Assembly (NCBI RefSeq): GCF_001194135.2
Contig: NC_068984.1
Location: forward strand, 114,644,384 to 114,708,383
Source of the DNA: Octopus bimaculoides
Taxonomy: Eukaryota
Length of the DNA: 64,000 nt
Direction of reading: 5' to 3'
Part shown: positions 47,050 to 60,786 of the stretch, piece by piece
Numbering within the stretch: the stretch's first letter is position 1
Layout: each line of letters opens with the position of its first letter
Program-made: the position numbers and the translations under genes
Notes under the pieces: generated by a model
Seen by the model: only the letters and a program-made list of their open reading frames with translations
Told to the model about the DNA's origin: nothing
The model's database searches: none

Positions 47050-49430
47050 GAAGCTGTTTTGCTTGTTTTATGCCACTAGTTATCATCTTCATCATAAGCA
47101 GTTTGATGGTCAATGATAACTGTCCATATGAGATGTCCTCAATCATATCAGAAGTGACTTGATCTCCACTGGTTTCTATATTTAGTTGTGGGTATCAATG
47201 TCCCATCTCATGTTTAGCCACTTTCTTCACCGGGCAGCTGTGAGTAGAGTATTTATCTTGACATCTGAGTGCTTTCCACTTTTTGAACATATTAAAGGAT
47301 CAGAGGTTTTGATATCTCTTCCATGCTATGGTGCTTAACTTTTTCTGAAATTGGCAGTGTTTCTGGCTTTGTCTTTCCAAGTGATGTTCAGGTTCTCTAT
47401 TGAGAGTCTTGTCATTAATGTATACAATTTTCTCTACATCCATTTACTTCCCATCCATACCTTTGAACTGTAATAGAGTGGCTAATATTATTACTTGGTT
47501 TACTTCCCACTTCATTTAGACTGACTAGTGCTTGATATTCACAGCTGCTTACTCAATCTTTGGAATGTTGAGCTGACCTTCAATCAATCTCATTGTGTAC
47601 CATCATTATTGATAAAGTAGCTTGCTGCTACCAGTTCCTGTCTTTTGATTGTGATGAGCTTAGGTTGTAACCCTTGGCATGAGTCAGGACTTGGCTGGTA
47701 ATTATCTTCAGTCTTATGGCTGTTAATTTTCAATGTGAATTTTGTGGCTGTATTGTTCAAAAGCATCCAACTTTTGCATGTTCTCTGCATTATGAGAAAT
47801 GTGCACAGTCGTCAGCAAACAACTATTCTTTCATTAACATGTTGTCTTTGTTTTAGTTTTGATGTGCAACACCTTGAAAGCTTAACATCAGGGCTTGACT
47901 GTCTATGTTTTTGTTTGTGTTACAGAACATCCTATTGAGCATCACTAATAAAGTGAAAGTAACATTGGTGATAGCATGAGGACCTGCTTAATTCCCACTG
48001 TAACGTAAGACAATGTAGAATTGGAGTCCATTTGTGTTACCTGAGCCTCATGCCAGGATATAGAAACTCTATCATATGAGTGAACTTTAAGCATCCAAAC
48101 CTAACTGCATGCAGTAGGTCTCAGCAGTTTACTTTGTTGAATGTCTTTGATAGTATCAGTGACACCATACAATGCTTTAATCTTTCCCCTTATTTATCCC
48201 ACATATATTGGAGACTGAACACTATCCTTGTATGTTTCATTTGAATCTACATTGTCCGGTAGAACCTCGGCTGTAATATTCTCATTCAGTTGTGTTGGAC
48301 AATATTCTTGCAAGGGTTCCCTCCACTACAGCAAATAAAAAAAAAATCCTTTGATATGTCCCACAGTCATTCTTATTTTTCACACTCCTGGGAGCCTGGA
48401 GTTACTTCTGGCAAGCTTGGTTGCATTGAGTCAACAGTGAAGCATGACTAGATCCTTGCATTAGACTTGTCTTTCTTGTTAGTTTATTAAGCACAGCTTT
48501 AGCTGTGCCGTGAAGCAAGGACCATCTTGTATTTATACTGCTTGGTTTTTGATGTTAACCATGAATCTAGAGCCTTGTGCATAGCTCTTTCCAGAATAGC
48601 TTACACGTCCTTTCCACCAACTGATCCTGTTCCATTTAGAAACTATTATGAAGGTTATGCTCCATTGAAGGTTATGCTCCATTGAAGCATTTGGTGATAT
48701 ATGTTGCATACCCTTTCATCACTTGTGTACATTACCTCTGTCCTGCATAATTATGATATCTAGATGTCAATACTTTGCTCAGAGGTGCATAAAGAACACT
48801 TTCCAATCTTACTTCCAATTAATGATGTTGGTAATGACTGTTGAGAGCATAAAGCAAGAAAATCTCCATTTCAGAAGTATTTCCCTGCCACACTTTTTGC
48901 TGATGTTACCAGATTACTTGTTTCTGCTTGTCCAGTGTGGTGTAGAAATCCTGCATTTATATTGTTTGCCTCATTGGGACACACTTCTTATAGTCATTTG
49001 TAAAGTACTTTAGAAATTCTCTTTTGCATCGTCAGGCTTGTTGAAGGTGGTATAACCTCTCTCTATGATGGAAACTTTCACATCGTTATTCAGTTTTAAT
49101 TTGGGTTACATCTCTGCTTTGCTGGTGTCTCACTAAACGGGGGGAAAAAAGGTGTACCCCATCTCCATGTTACTATTATCTTGCAGCTGTTTGGTCTTGT
49201 GGAAAGTAGCTATATTGATGTATCTTTCGATCTTCACTTCCATGTATGTGGAATACCTCTTTGACAAGGTTTTCCCATACCATTGAGCTAGATAAACACT
49301 CAGTTTCTTGTATCCAAGTAAACTTTTTGCTTAGAATGAGAGACAGCTTGCAGAATCCTTTGTAACCAGCCCCGTATACTTTTCACTTATTGGCATTGTT
49401 TCATGGGATTGTTTGTGCAAGATTTGAGTG
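47050..49430 (-). mobile_element. Heavily decayed RTE (BovB-like) LINE in CNOT1 intron 2
   Basis: Minus-strand RT motif remnants: SKTFNKVN (cf. KAFD.VN, about 48130), GIKQ (about 47990) and LFADDC (about 47805-47822), followed by MQ...KF.L.IN..KT...YQP; many stops and frameshifts. Confidence 0.75.
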
Positions 49431-49622
49431 TTAAAGGCTTTTGCAGTTGCAAGTAGTAACACCCTGAGGGAAAAAAAACAAGAATTTAACAATGTTTTCT
49501 CCATTCAGTATATAGCATCTGGTTACTTGATGAAAACTCTTATAATAAATATTGATTACTTAATTGCTATATGTTTTAAATTGTTTCACAAATATCATTA
49601 ATATAATTTTTTTTTTTTTCAG

Positions 49623-49721
49623 ACCCAGTATTTGATACAAGAGTTCACAACTCTCTTCAGTAAACCTAATTTTGTCTCAACTCTTTGTTACGTTATTGAC
49701 AATCCATTACAACATCAAAAG
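49623..49721 (+). CDS. CNOT1: CNOT1 coding exon 3
   Basis: [33 protein letters not shown]; poly-T CAG acceptor, GT donor; 99 nt. Confidence 0.96.
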
Positions 49722-50048
49722 GTTTGTGTTGCAAATTTGATCTTTTAATAAATTAAATCTGGTTTAAAACAGTTCTGCTAAAAAAACTTCTGATGTCATG
49801 GAAATTAATTTTGTTTGATAGTCTTTGATTATCTGTAAATATTGAAGTTTACAGTTAATGAGTCCCTCTCCCAAAACTTTCTATTCACGAGTAAAATCTT
49901 ATATAAATTATATGGAAGATGAAAATCTATAAATACTTTAGTTTTATGAAATAAAGTATCAATTATTTCATCTTGAATTTATTTAAATATTTTAATATTT
50001 TTTTTTTAATGTCAACTTCTTTATTTTTTTTTTTTCTTCCATGGGTAG

Positions 50049-50229
50049 TCTTTGAAAGCAAGTCCTCAGTTATTCCCACAACTGAGTAAAGTTTTAAAGT
50101 TGACCAGAGTGCAAGAGGTGGTATTTGGCTTGGCTTTGTTGAATTCGTCCAATCCTGATACTCAGAATTACGCGGCCAACTTTGTTAAACAGAAATTACC
50201 TGATTTATTGCGATCTTACGTAGATGCAG
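50049..50229 (+). CDS. CNOT1: CNOT1 coding exon 4
   Basis: [60 protein letters not shown]; ends phase 1. Confidence 0.96.
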
Positions 50230-51085
50230 GTTTGTATATTGAAGGCTTTTCCTATTTCTTTTTGTAGTAAATATTCATACAGTTGAAGGACAGCTTAGGA
50301 TAAGTAAAAAGATATAGATTAAGTTTGAACTATACATTCATATTCCTAGATTGCAAAAAAATTTGAGTTACTTCTGAACTAAAATTCCTGTTTCTTTGGT
50401 TTGGAGAGACTTGTACATATGAGACTGTACTTATTGCTGCTCATGACCTAAATACAGTTACAGGCTAGCATCTAAACAACTGGAGAATATTCAGTTGTAA
50501 TCCACTTTGTAGCTCAAAGACTTTTTTTTCCTACTTTCAATTCAATACAAAGTGGGTGTTGGTCGTGATTTTATTTCTTTTCATTGATCAGTAGACCTGT
50601 TAAAACCTCTTGTACTTAGCTTTTTAAAAGTATATTTAGTAAATAAGGAATATCAATTTCTTCACAACTGTTTTTCATTTTTTTTTTCCCTTATAGCATA
50701 TACTTTCTTTTAATGTTCATGCATTTAAAAGTATTTCTATCAATTTTAGCAGTGATAGTTCTTTGGTTCTTCATGCTAGTGCATGTGAGGAGCATATTTG
50801 TAAAACTTTAAAAAATGTTGGTAAATTTTATAAAAGGTGTAATTTTGAAGGAAAATTTTTAATTAGATTTTAGGGTTGCATGTGTTAGATTTAGGGAAAA
50901 TTTGTTCGTTCCTCGTCTTTTTAGTTGCATTTGGGACTTACAGTAATAGAATATGAAAACATTGTGTGTGAATACATTGTGTGAATTCCTAGTGATATTA
51001 AAAACTAATAATTTTTTTCTCTGCTAGTTAGTTCAATTCTACCTATTTATTTACAACTAAAATTGGCAATTCAATTTATTAACAG

Positions 51086-51229
51086 ATACTAATGTGAGGC
51101 AAGAAGGTGGATTACAAGACATTGCTATTGAGGGACTACACCTTCTTTTAACTCATCTTGTTCGTGGGAAAGATCAACTTGGAATTGGAGCTGATCAGAA
51201 AGAGGCATTTCTAAATACTTTACGCAAAG
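51086..51229 (+). CDS. CNOT1: CNOT1 coding exon 5
   Basis: [48 protein letters not shown]; phase 1-1, GTAAGT donor. Confidence 0.96.
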
Positions 51230-52306
51230 GTAAGTTTTATCATTTTTATGGAAGTCATTTATTTAAAATGTTTACGGCATATTTTTGAGTTAGAATGTAA
51301 TTTGTGTGTTAGTTTGCACCTAGAAGTAGTTTCTTAACAGTTGCAATTGAAACCTTTCAGAATTTGAATAAGAGTGAAATGTAGTTGGAAAAACTGACGG
51401 TAGTTGAAAGCAACTTAATGAACTTGCGGAGTTATTTTGTCCATGTAATTAAGTTGTGTAACCTTTCATTACTGTATTTCTTTTGAAATGCACTAATTTT
51501 GTTTCAATTAATTTTGAAAATAATGAAGAACTTCGTAAAACAATTTTGTCGTTATTTGGTTGCTGTTTGGCACATAAATTAGCATGGAATTTTGATGGAA
51601 AGTTTTAATTTAGATCACTTTAAAGTAGCAAGTTTATATTATAGAACCAGTCTCAGGTGTGTTAGTATCAAGAGGGTTAATCCCTTAGATTGAAAGATGG
51701 ATGTGAAACCTGAATGTTATCCTGATCATAATGCATTGGTGAATTAACAACTAATGATTACGCAGGAGATTTAGATATTATGAGAAGAATTATCATGAGA
51801 TAATTAATGCAGTATGTGTAAAGTAGCAACAAACTCTATTTGCAGAAAATGGACCTTGGAAGACAATTAGCACTAATTACTTACTTAATCCTTTTGATAC
51901 TAATCCACTTGAGACTGCTCCTGCTATTAGGAAACAAACTTGTTTTAAAGTGTTAATTTGAAACCTTTCATTTGTTGGGTTTCAAATATCGGACAGTGTA
52001 TTTCAACAGACATGGTAACAAAAGGATTAAAGGTTTGCCATACTGTATCAGTTTTTCTCTTTTGGAACATATGCAATAAAGTTGTCTTTGCCTTTCATTT
52101 TTTTTTTTTTACTGTTAGGCTTGGCTTATAATACTGGACTATGGTTTTTCTTGTAATTGAACAATATATTTCATTTGATGTACATGTTTTTGCTTATGAC
52201 TTCAGATATATAAAAGAGTATTAGTCATGGATTTTAATATTAGCTTATTTAATTTTTTATTAGTTGTGATATAGTATCTAATATTTTTTTTTTTTTTTGT
52301 CTTTAG

Positions 52307-52416
52307 ATTTTCCTAGGGCGTGTGTTCCTGTTGTTTTAAGTCCATTACTGTATCCAGAAACAGAAGATATTAGTTTAGATACATTTTCAGATACTCTCAC
52401 CATGCCTGTATCAATG
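52307..52416 (+). CDS. CNOT1: CNOT1 coding exon 6
   Basis: DFPRACVPVVLSPLLYPETEDISLDTFSDTLTMPVSM; phase 1-0. Confidence 0.95.
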
Positions 52417-53121
52417 GTAAGTTGTTCACAATTGTTATGTTGTAATTTGAAACAACTGGCATATTATAATTGTTCATTAAAATGGAGGAAATTGTAAAGA
52501 GCCAGAGCATATATTAATGTTGAGTTTCTTACTCTTGAATTATGAGTTTGGATCTCACTAGGGTTTTTGACCTTCAGTCTTCAGCGACTGGTAAAATAAT
52601 CACCAATAACATGCTTGTGCCAATGCAATCAGTTTGACCTCTCGACTCTTAGTTCTGTGCCGAAGTAAAATAAATGGATTGCCTATTGTCAATTTCTTTT
52701 CCTCTCAAATATAATAATGTAATTGAAATTGCAATTAGCACATTATTATGAAGAAATCTGCTTACAAGACAGACTTGTGTTTATTCAACCCACCTCCTAA
52801 TTTACAAAAAACAAATTTTTTTTCTTACCTTTTTACATTCAATAAAATGCATTATTGTGCTAATCAGAAATTGATTAGTTTCAATCTGACATTAATGTTG
52901 ATCAATGACAACAAAACTGTTGAAAGCACTCCCAATATAATACTAGTAATACCAAGCTTTATATCTGTTCAACAATTCTAACAGTTTGAATCAAATGAAA
53001 ATGAATTTTCATCTAATTAAGAGAATAACTGAATATATCAACATGGTATAATAAATTTTCTGATGTATCTATTGATTACTTTTCGTTATATAACTAATGA
53101 AGTTAAATTTACTTTCATCAG

Positions 53122-53177
53122 AATGAAGCCTCCTTAGCAGACATGGTCCTAGAAGCTGGCTGTGCTTGTACAAGCAG
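53122..53177 (+). CDS. CNOT1: CNOT1 coding exon 7
   Basis: NEASLADMVLEAGCACTS (cf. ESSLADFMQEVGYGFCAS); phase 0-2, GTGAG donor. Confidence 0.9.
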
Positions 53178-54379
53178 GTGAGAAGATTGTGGAAATATTT
53201 TGCTTTCATTATTTATCTTAATGTTTTCAGTCTTTAGTAATATGTCATGTATTTGGAATATATAAAGAATGGCTATAGTTTTTATATTAATGTGATTGAA
53301 TCAACCTGAAGAGAAGTGATTTTGAAAATGAAATGGAAAAGTATTGTGAGAAACAATTTTATTTATAGAAATCTTATCTCATCTTTTTTTGGTTCTAGAG
53401 GTCAGCAAATATTTACCCCTGTGGGTGTGTGGGTCTATCCAAGTAGTTCATAAACACCTGAAATGATTTTGAGCATTAAGAGTGCTGATTTATTAGTGAA
53501 CTGAATTTAGAAGAGCTTGGTAATTTGAAACTAAAACTTATTTCTAGCTAAATAATGTGTCAGTTTTGTAAAGTACCACTCTGCAGAGTAGTTTGTTTCA
53601 GGAAGGGCATCCAGCTTTAAGAACCATGCCAAAACAGACAACAAAGCATGGTGCAGTCTTCTGCCTAACCAGCTCCTGTCAAACTATCCAACCCATGCCA
53701 GCATAGAAAGCAGATATTAAATGATGATTTTCATTAAATGTCTTCAAATATTTCTTATGAAAAAAGCTGTAATGATACAAAAGAATTATTTTTAAATCAA
53801 GAAATTTTGTATTAATTATACTTTTTGATTTTAGAAGTTTTCCGGATGGAGTTGGTAAGTTATTAATGATTTCATGAAGGGTTCGATGACCTAAGTTAGC
53901 CAACACCTGGTCTAAACACAGTCATCATCCTCTTTTAATGTCCGTTTTCCTTGTGGCATGGGTCTGACCAGAGCTGGCAAACCAGAGAGCTGTACCAAGT
54001 TCCAGTCTGATTTGGCTTGGGTTCTACAGCTGGATGCCCTTTCTAATACCAACCACTTCAGTGTGTGCTGGGTGCTTTTAATGCGGCACCAGTATGAGTG
54101 CTTTTTACCTTGCGCTGGCACAGGACTCTTGTAGGCTAATCCTCTTCACCAGGGGGAGAAGCCTTAACACTTCTACTGTGGAGGATGGGTCTTCTTTAGC
54201 ACGGCCAGATGCCAGGCATCCCAGTCCTTTGTCATTTTGCTTGAAAGATTCAGTGTCCTGAAGAATGTTAATAATTACCTAAGATATCTTGTTTCTATTT
54301 GTCTTTTTTAACTGCCAGGTTTTGTTTTATATACATGGTTCAATTAATTTGTAATTTTTTGGTTTTTATTTTTTTTAAG

Positions 54380-54494
54380 TGTGGAAGAATGTCGAAATAC
54401 ACTTTTACAGTTTGGTCCAAAAGAGTTAACGCCATCATCTGTAGCTAAAGTAATGGGGATGATGGCCAAAAATCCATGTGGTCAAATTGACCAG
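54380..54494 (+). CDS. CNOT1: CNOT1 coding exon 8
   Basis: SVEECRNTLLQFGPKELTPSSVAKVMGMMAKNPCGQIDQ; phase 2-0. Confidence 0.95.
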
Positions 54495-55388
54495 GTAAGT
54501 TTCATTTGAAGAATAAATTCTGTTCCAAAATATTTGTCTAGGTAGATAGATAATTGACTTTTACCATAATTGTACACATTTTTTCTTCATAGTCATTTAT
54601 TTGAATATACAAACGAGCTTCATATGATGCAAGGATTTTAGACAGTTTATATTTAGTCAGTTCTGATCAACCAGCCCTATGACTTAGACATTCTTAAGCA
54701 TTATATATATATATATATATATATATAATCTGGGAATAGGTTGTCTAATGTAAATTAAATTTTAAAGATAGTTGATAGTTTGAGAGATTTGGCTGCTATT
54801 CCCTGGCAGTTGAGTAACCACAAAGAGGGATTTCAATGGCTTGGTTCATCTTCAGTGTTTATCACCACAGAAGTTGACCAAAATATCCTATGTAATCAGA
54901 CCAGTTAAAACCAGTAGTTGGTAACAACCTTCCCCTACCCATTCTCTGAAAATACATGTCTGTTCTAGAACACTTTGTATATTCCTTACTACAGTGTTTG
55001 TTTGTATGACATGCACTGTGGCAGTAATTAAGACATATTACCAATTTTGATGCCACTTCTCTTTTGATTACTTTTGGAATGGCCACATCCATTATAAGCA
55101 AGATGGACTCTGTTGGCACATAATCCTTTTTGGAGGAATTTAATGTGGAATTGGCTTTCACTCAGTTTTGCCCTTGCCATTGTCCAATTGTATGTTCAGG
55201 AAATAAGACACTTGAAATACTAAATCATAAGAACTTCTTTATCCTCAATGGTTGGGTGCTCAGTGCTCTGCTTTGAATGTATCAAGTTTCTTGTGAGATG
55301 CTTACTCTAGCCCTGTTTTAAAATGCTTAATCTAGGAAGAGACAAATATTAGTAATGTTATGTCATTTCAACTTTTGCTTGTTTTCAG

Positions 55389-55478
55389 AATTCAAATTGG
55401 AACAGTGATAAAGAAAAAGACACACCTGGAGTGACAACTTGGAATGTGGATATATTTGTTCAAATTGTTCAGGAGTTG
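55389..55478 (+). CDS. CNOT1: CNOT1 coding exon 9
   Basis: NSNWNSDKEKDTPGVTTWNVDIFVQIVQEL (cf. HTWNVEVLIDVLKEL); phase 0-0. Confidence 0.92.
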
Positions 55479-55942
55479 GTAAGATAGTTTGGATGGCTTT
55501 TTCTCTTGGATTTTGTTATTTGAAAGTGACTATTGGTGCAGACGTGGATGTGTGGTTAAGAAATTTGCTTCTTCACCTCATGGTTTTGGGTTCACTTTTG
55601 CTGCATGGCATCTTAAGCAATTGTCTCTTAAAACCCCTAACCAACCAAAATTTTGTGAGTGGCTTTGGTAGATGGAGAGTGAAAGAAGCCTGTTGTGTGT
55701 GTGTGTGTGCATTTGTGAATATATAATGTGTATGGGTGTCTCTTTGTCTTGATATTGTGTGATAGTTGTAAATGAATCTCTCGTACAAGTAGTGTTGTTC
55801 ATTTTCAATATTCTGGAAAAACATGTCTGGCCTTGGGGAAATACTACCTTATTTGGAAACTTGAAGTTTTGTGTTAATGGCATCCAATCATAGAAAACCT
55901 GCTTTAGTGGACATCAAAATGATGATTATTTTTGACTTTACT

Positions 55943-56277
55943 CTTTTACTCTTTTACTTGTTTCAGTCTTTTGACTGTGGCCATGCTGGAGCACCGCCTT
56001 TTAGTCGAGCAAATCGACCCCAGGACTTATTCTTTAGAAGCCTAGTACTTATTCTATCAGTCTCTTTTGCCGAACCGCTAAGTTACGGGGACATAAATAC
56101 ACCAGCATCGGTTGTCAAGCGATGTTGGGACAAACACACACATACAAACATACACACACACATACATATATATATACATATANNNNNNNNNNAAAACACT
56201 TGCCCAAGATGCCGCGCAGTGGGACTGAACCCGGGACCATGTGGTTGGTAAGCTAGCTACTTACCACACAGCCACTC
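55943..56277 (-). mobile_element. Young tRNA-derived SINE (same family as 23889-24517), spanning a 10-nt gap
   Basis: Reverse complement of the head and tail at 23889-24050 and 24310-24517, with CpGs retained. Confidence 0.85.
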
Positions 56278-56558
56278 GTTAAAATTTATTAAATATTTTT
56301 AGACATATTAATGAAATACACTTAATTTCAGTTTATTTTGAAAATAATCAATGATGACTTTAATTATATAACTTCATTTTCATTGAAAAAATTGTATAAG
56401 GAAAATTATTTAGCTATGAACACTTTAAAACACAAGTTTTGTGTCATAGAACTTAAACATTTTCAAAGGGATTGGTAACAAGAGTTAATTACTTTGATAA
56501 AAGTTTTAAAATTTTCGCTTATTTTGAAATTTGTTTTGTTTTTCTTTTTGTAATCAAG

Positions 56559-56729
56559 GCTCCAAAATTACAATGGACCGAAGTTGTTGCAGAACTGGAT
56601 TATGCAAATTTTTCTATACAAAATAAAAAAGGCATGAAACTACTTATTCAAGGCCTCATAAAAGCCTTAACAAATGAAACCTTTCCAGTGAAGCATATTT
56701 ACAAATCCTGGAAAAATTCCGAAGGACAG
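56559..56729 (+). CDS. CNOT1: CNOT1 coding exon 10
   Basis: APKLQWTEVVAELDYANFSIQNKKGMKLLIQGLIKALTNETFPVKHIYKSWKNSEGQ; phase 0-0. Confidence 0.95.
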
Positions 56730-57794
56730 GTAATTTAAAAGCAATTTAAAAAAAAAATATTTTTAAGTGATCCATGTGTTTAATTCTAGTTGATTTTGCA
56801 TGTATATTATTTTAATTTAAGTGGGGGTTTTTTATGTTGAAAATAATTTTAAATTGTCTCTGAAAGGAAAAATTTTGTGTGGAAAATGCATACAAAAAGA
56901 AACAAGAAATTTTAGGTTTTGTTGAAAAACTATAGTTAGTTTTGTTCATAAAAGCCTATTGGAAATGTCAATCACTTGGAATGTCAGATTTATATGCTTG
57001 GTTGGTGTAGAATAAGTAAAAACTATTTCTTTAAATCTTCTACGTCAGTTGTCATTTTGTAGTAGCCTGGAAACATTGATGTTGACACAATTGTATGTGT
57101 TGTATTGATAAATCAACTTGTACAAACTGTATGTTATTATAGCTTATAACTTTTAGGACTTTGTACCTGGACATCCTCTATAATGTATTGAGCATTGTTT
57201 AGCGTGGTTTGTTGTTCATAGTTTAGTTGATTTTTAGTCAGATTATGTAAATACCTGAATGGTTTTATATCAATGTTATATCAGTATTGTTAATTTTTCC
57301 AAACAAGCAGTTGTTGATGTACTGTGTTTTTGATGGCAACTGGGTGCAGAACAAATGTCTTGAATATGTTTGCTTTCTCACTGAACATAGACATATTGTT
57401 TTAATGTCTACTTTTCCATACTTGCATGGGTCAGTTGAGAGCATGTTGGAGCAGAGTTTTCTACAACTGGATGCCTTTCATGTCATCAATCGCCACCTGT
57501 TTCCAAGTGGAGGTAATCCCATTCTGTCAAACAACAAACATCCTAGATGTATTTACGTGGACAAATGGAGATATATAACACTGCATGGGCAATCCTTTTG
57601 TTTACAAAGATCACACAGCATATCAAGAAGCCTAGACATGCTTTTGCAGTAGACTGTAAGTTAATGATACTGTTAGCAAAGCAGTGTTTTATAATCAGTG
57701 ATTGAAACATACCTGTTGATGAAGGACATACAAACTCTTTCACGCACTCTTGTCTGTCTGTCTCTATACATACATACATACATACATGTGTGTG

Positions 57795-57900
<106 letters not shown>

Positions 57901-57906
57901 TATATA

Positions 57907-58081
57907 TAAAAGCACCCACTACACTGTCTGAGTAGTTGGCGTTAGGAAGGGCATCCAGCTGTAGAAACTCTGCCAAATCAGATTGGAGCCTGGTGTAGCC
58001 ATCTGGTTTCACCAGTCCTCAGTCAAATCGTCCAACCCATGCTAGCATGGAAAGCGGACGTTAAATGATGATGATGATGAT
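57907..58081 (+). mobile_element. Short RTE 3'-derived element with (GAT)n tail inside a (TA)n tract
   Basis: Near-identical to 24103-24277; (TA)n on both flanks. Confidence 0.8.
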
Positions 58082-58351
58082 ATATATCGAGAGAGAGACA
58101 CGCATTCATATACACACATACATCCATCCAGCTTGAGTTTCTCTCTACCAAATTCATTCACAAAGTTTTGGTCAGCTTTAGATGATAGATGACACTTGCA
58201 TAAGGTGCCTGGCAGGTAGAACTGAACCCGAAACCATGTAGTTACTAAGTGAACTTCTTAACCACCCAACCACCTATATATTATAATTTTCATCTTTTGT
58301 CAATTTTTCATTTCCTTATATTCATGCTCTATTTTCTTTTGGTATTTTCAG

Positions 58352-58479
58352 TTGTCTTTTCTAACTCATGCGTTGAAAAATCCAGATATCTTCTGCTTAG
58401 CTGATTATCCATATGAGCCAGTGATAACAGATGTTCTTAAAGCCGCTCCTGATGAAGATAACAAAGAAATTCTCACATG
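58352..58479 (+). CDS. CNOT1: CNOT1 coding exon 11
   Basis: [43 protein letters not shown]; phase 0-2. Confidence 0.96.
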
Positions 58480-58662
58480 GTTTGTATAATTGTCTTTTGG
58501 TATTCTAATTGCAATCTGTTTCTATAAATTTTTTTTAACATAACTATGACTTTGATAAAAAAATTACTGCTTTGCTAATAGTTTATTCATTGTTAAAGCG
58601 TTTTTAGTATCCCTTAGAAATACAAGACTTTATATTTGTTTAAATATAAATTTTATTTGCAG

Positions 58663-58795
58663 GAAATCCAAAGACCTTGTCCAAGCTTTGCTTAGACTTT
58701 CAGATCTTGGTCATTACCCATTTGTAACAGATCTATTCAAATTTCCTGTCCAAAATTGTCCAGATATGTTGACTTTAGGATTGCTCCAAATTGAT
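58663..58795 (+). CDS. CNOT1: CNOT1 coding exon 12
   Basis: KSKDLVQALLRLSDLGHYPFVTDLFKFPVQNCPDMLTLGLLQID; phase 2-0. Confidence 0.96.
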
Positions 58796-59317
58796 GTAAG
58801 TTGACTTCAAAAATAATTTAACTCTACTAGAAATCTAGTTTTTTTCACTTGGCCAATTTTGATTGGGCAGCTCTTCTGGCAGTTTATTTCATTTTTTTCT
58901 ATTTTGGCATACTCGATCTTGGACTATTTAAGCTAATGTGTTCTTTTTTTTTGGCTGGTTCAGTGTGATTTTATGGTTTTGTTGTAATTTATAGCGATTT
59001 GCAGCCATATAGAATCTCCTTTACTGGTTCATAACACTGTATTTGTGGTTTGTAAATCTAAACTTACCAGCATATTCCTGGAAGGTGTTACAGGAGGGGA
59101 TCTATGAATAATGTCTCTCTTGGAGGAAAATGCAGAGAACATTGTATTGATATAGAATCTGTATTAAGGAGGAATAATGCATGTTGGATGAAAAAAATTG
59201 CTAAATCTTAAGGGGATTTACAAAAAAAAAAAAAGTGGGGGATGGAGATTAACTTTGTAATTATGTTAGTGATTGTAAAACATTTGCAGTAATATTTAAA
59301 TGCAAAATTTATTTCAG

Positions 59318-59425
59318 CTCACATGGAATATCTTGAAACAAGAACTTCTATCCAGTCTGATTCCAATTTTCCTAAATAACCACCCAAATTCAGCTATTGT
59401 TTTAAATTATGCATGGCATTATACT
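59318..59425 (+). CDS. CNOT1: CNOT1 coding exon 13
   Basis: [36 protein letters not shown]; phase 0-0. Confidence 0.96.
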
Positions 59426-60226
59426 GTAAGTACTTGCATGTTTATATTTAATTTTGTTTATTTCCATATTTTTGTTAAAATAAAATATGCTTGGTTTCAG
59501 TTAATTTTGAAAATAATAAAGAATTTTAGTAAAATAACTCATTTAATATTAAACTGGTGTTTGGAACATAAATCAACATGAAATTTTGACAAAGTTTTAA
59601 TTTGGATCACTTTAAAACAAAGTCTGTATCAGATTCTATCATAGAACTAGGGGTGATCTCGGGTAGATTGGTATTAAAAGCGTTTTGGACTTTTTATACT
59701 GAGGCTTGATGTATTGGGTTTATGAGAGAGATAAATGGTGGTTGGTGATGCCTGTTCTTTTTTCAACTGTGTGAGTATTATTGTAGCAGTTGAAACTGAA
59801 GAGAAAGCTGTGTTATAAACTGTTAAGATTTTAGTAACCCAGTGAAGTTACTCTCCCACCACCCCTTTCCATCTTTGCAAGTTGGGTATTGTGAAATAAT
59901 CTGCTGGTAAGCGTATGCTTATAGCATCTAAATTGCTTTCGGTTTGAATGCTGAAGATCTGTCCTTGTCTTGACATTGTGCAATAGTTACGAGTGTCATT
60001 GTCATACAAGTGGTGTCATCTGTTTCCAATCTTCTGCAAGAATATATCCAACTATGCAAAAATATCATCCTACTTGGAAAGAAGCGATGTGTGGGTTGGT
60101 GACAGGAAGGCCATGCAGCCATGGGAAATCTGTCTCAACAAATTCCATATGACTCATGTCATAATGGAAAAAGTAGATGTTAAAGTGATAATACTGTTTT
60201 TCATTTTAATTTTTAAGGCATCTAGT

Positions 60227-60256
<30 letters not shown>

Positions 60257-60260
<4 letters not shown>

Positions 60261-60474
60261 CGTTGCCAGTACCGCCTGACTGGCCTTCGTGCGGGTGGCA
60301 CGTAAAAGCACCCACTACACTCTCAGTGGTTGGCATTAGGAAGGGCATCCAGCTGCAGAAACTCTGCCACATCAGATTGGAGCCTGGTGTAGCCATCTGG
60401 TTTCAACAGTCCTCAGTCAAGTCGTCCAACCCATGCTAGCATGGAAAGCGGACGTTAAACGACGACGATGATGA

Positions 60475-60478
<4 letters not shown>
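60257..60478 (+). mobile_element. Short RTE 3'-derived element with (GAC/GAT)n tail inside a (TA)n tract
   Basis: Near-identical to the copies at 24073 and 57907; (TA)n on both flanks. Confidence 0.8.
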
Positions 60479-60518
<40 letters not shown>

Positions 60519-60666
60519 GTGCATGAAGTCATTGGAACTAAAGAAATCCTGAGAACTAAACTTGTGAATCTGTTGAACCCAGTTGTGGAAATGTAGTTAC
60601 TAGATCCTTTAATTTTGGTACTTGTAAAATGTTTATATTAAAACTTCTATATATAATTTGTTTCAG

Positions 60667-60786
60667 AATCTTTCCACTAATATTCGCACATTAATAATGC
60701 ACTCTATGGCTGATTGGTACATGAGGAGCGATTGTCAAGATCAGATTAGACTTGCTAGAATATTAGATGTTGCTCAAGATCTTAAG
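60667..60786 (+). CDS. CNOT1: CNOT1 coding exon 14
   Basis: [40 protein letters not shown]; phase 0-0. Confidence 0.97.

Larger units (their letters stand above)
9041..56192. other. Assembly gaps (N runs) at 9041-9930, 10749-11606, 15158-15578, 29259-29501, 34600-35210, 39592-39671 and 56183-56192
   Basis: Direct; most are bounded by microsatellites or homopolymer runs, as expected of a short-read scaffold. Confidence 1.
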
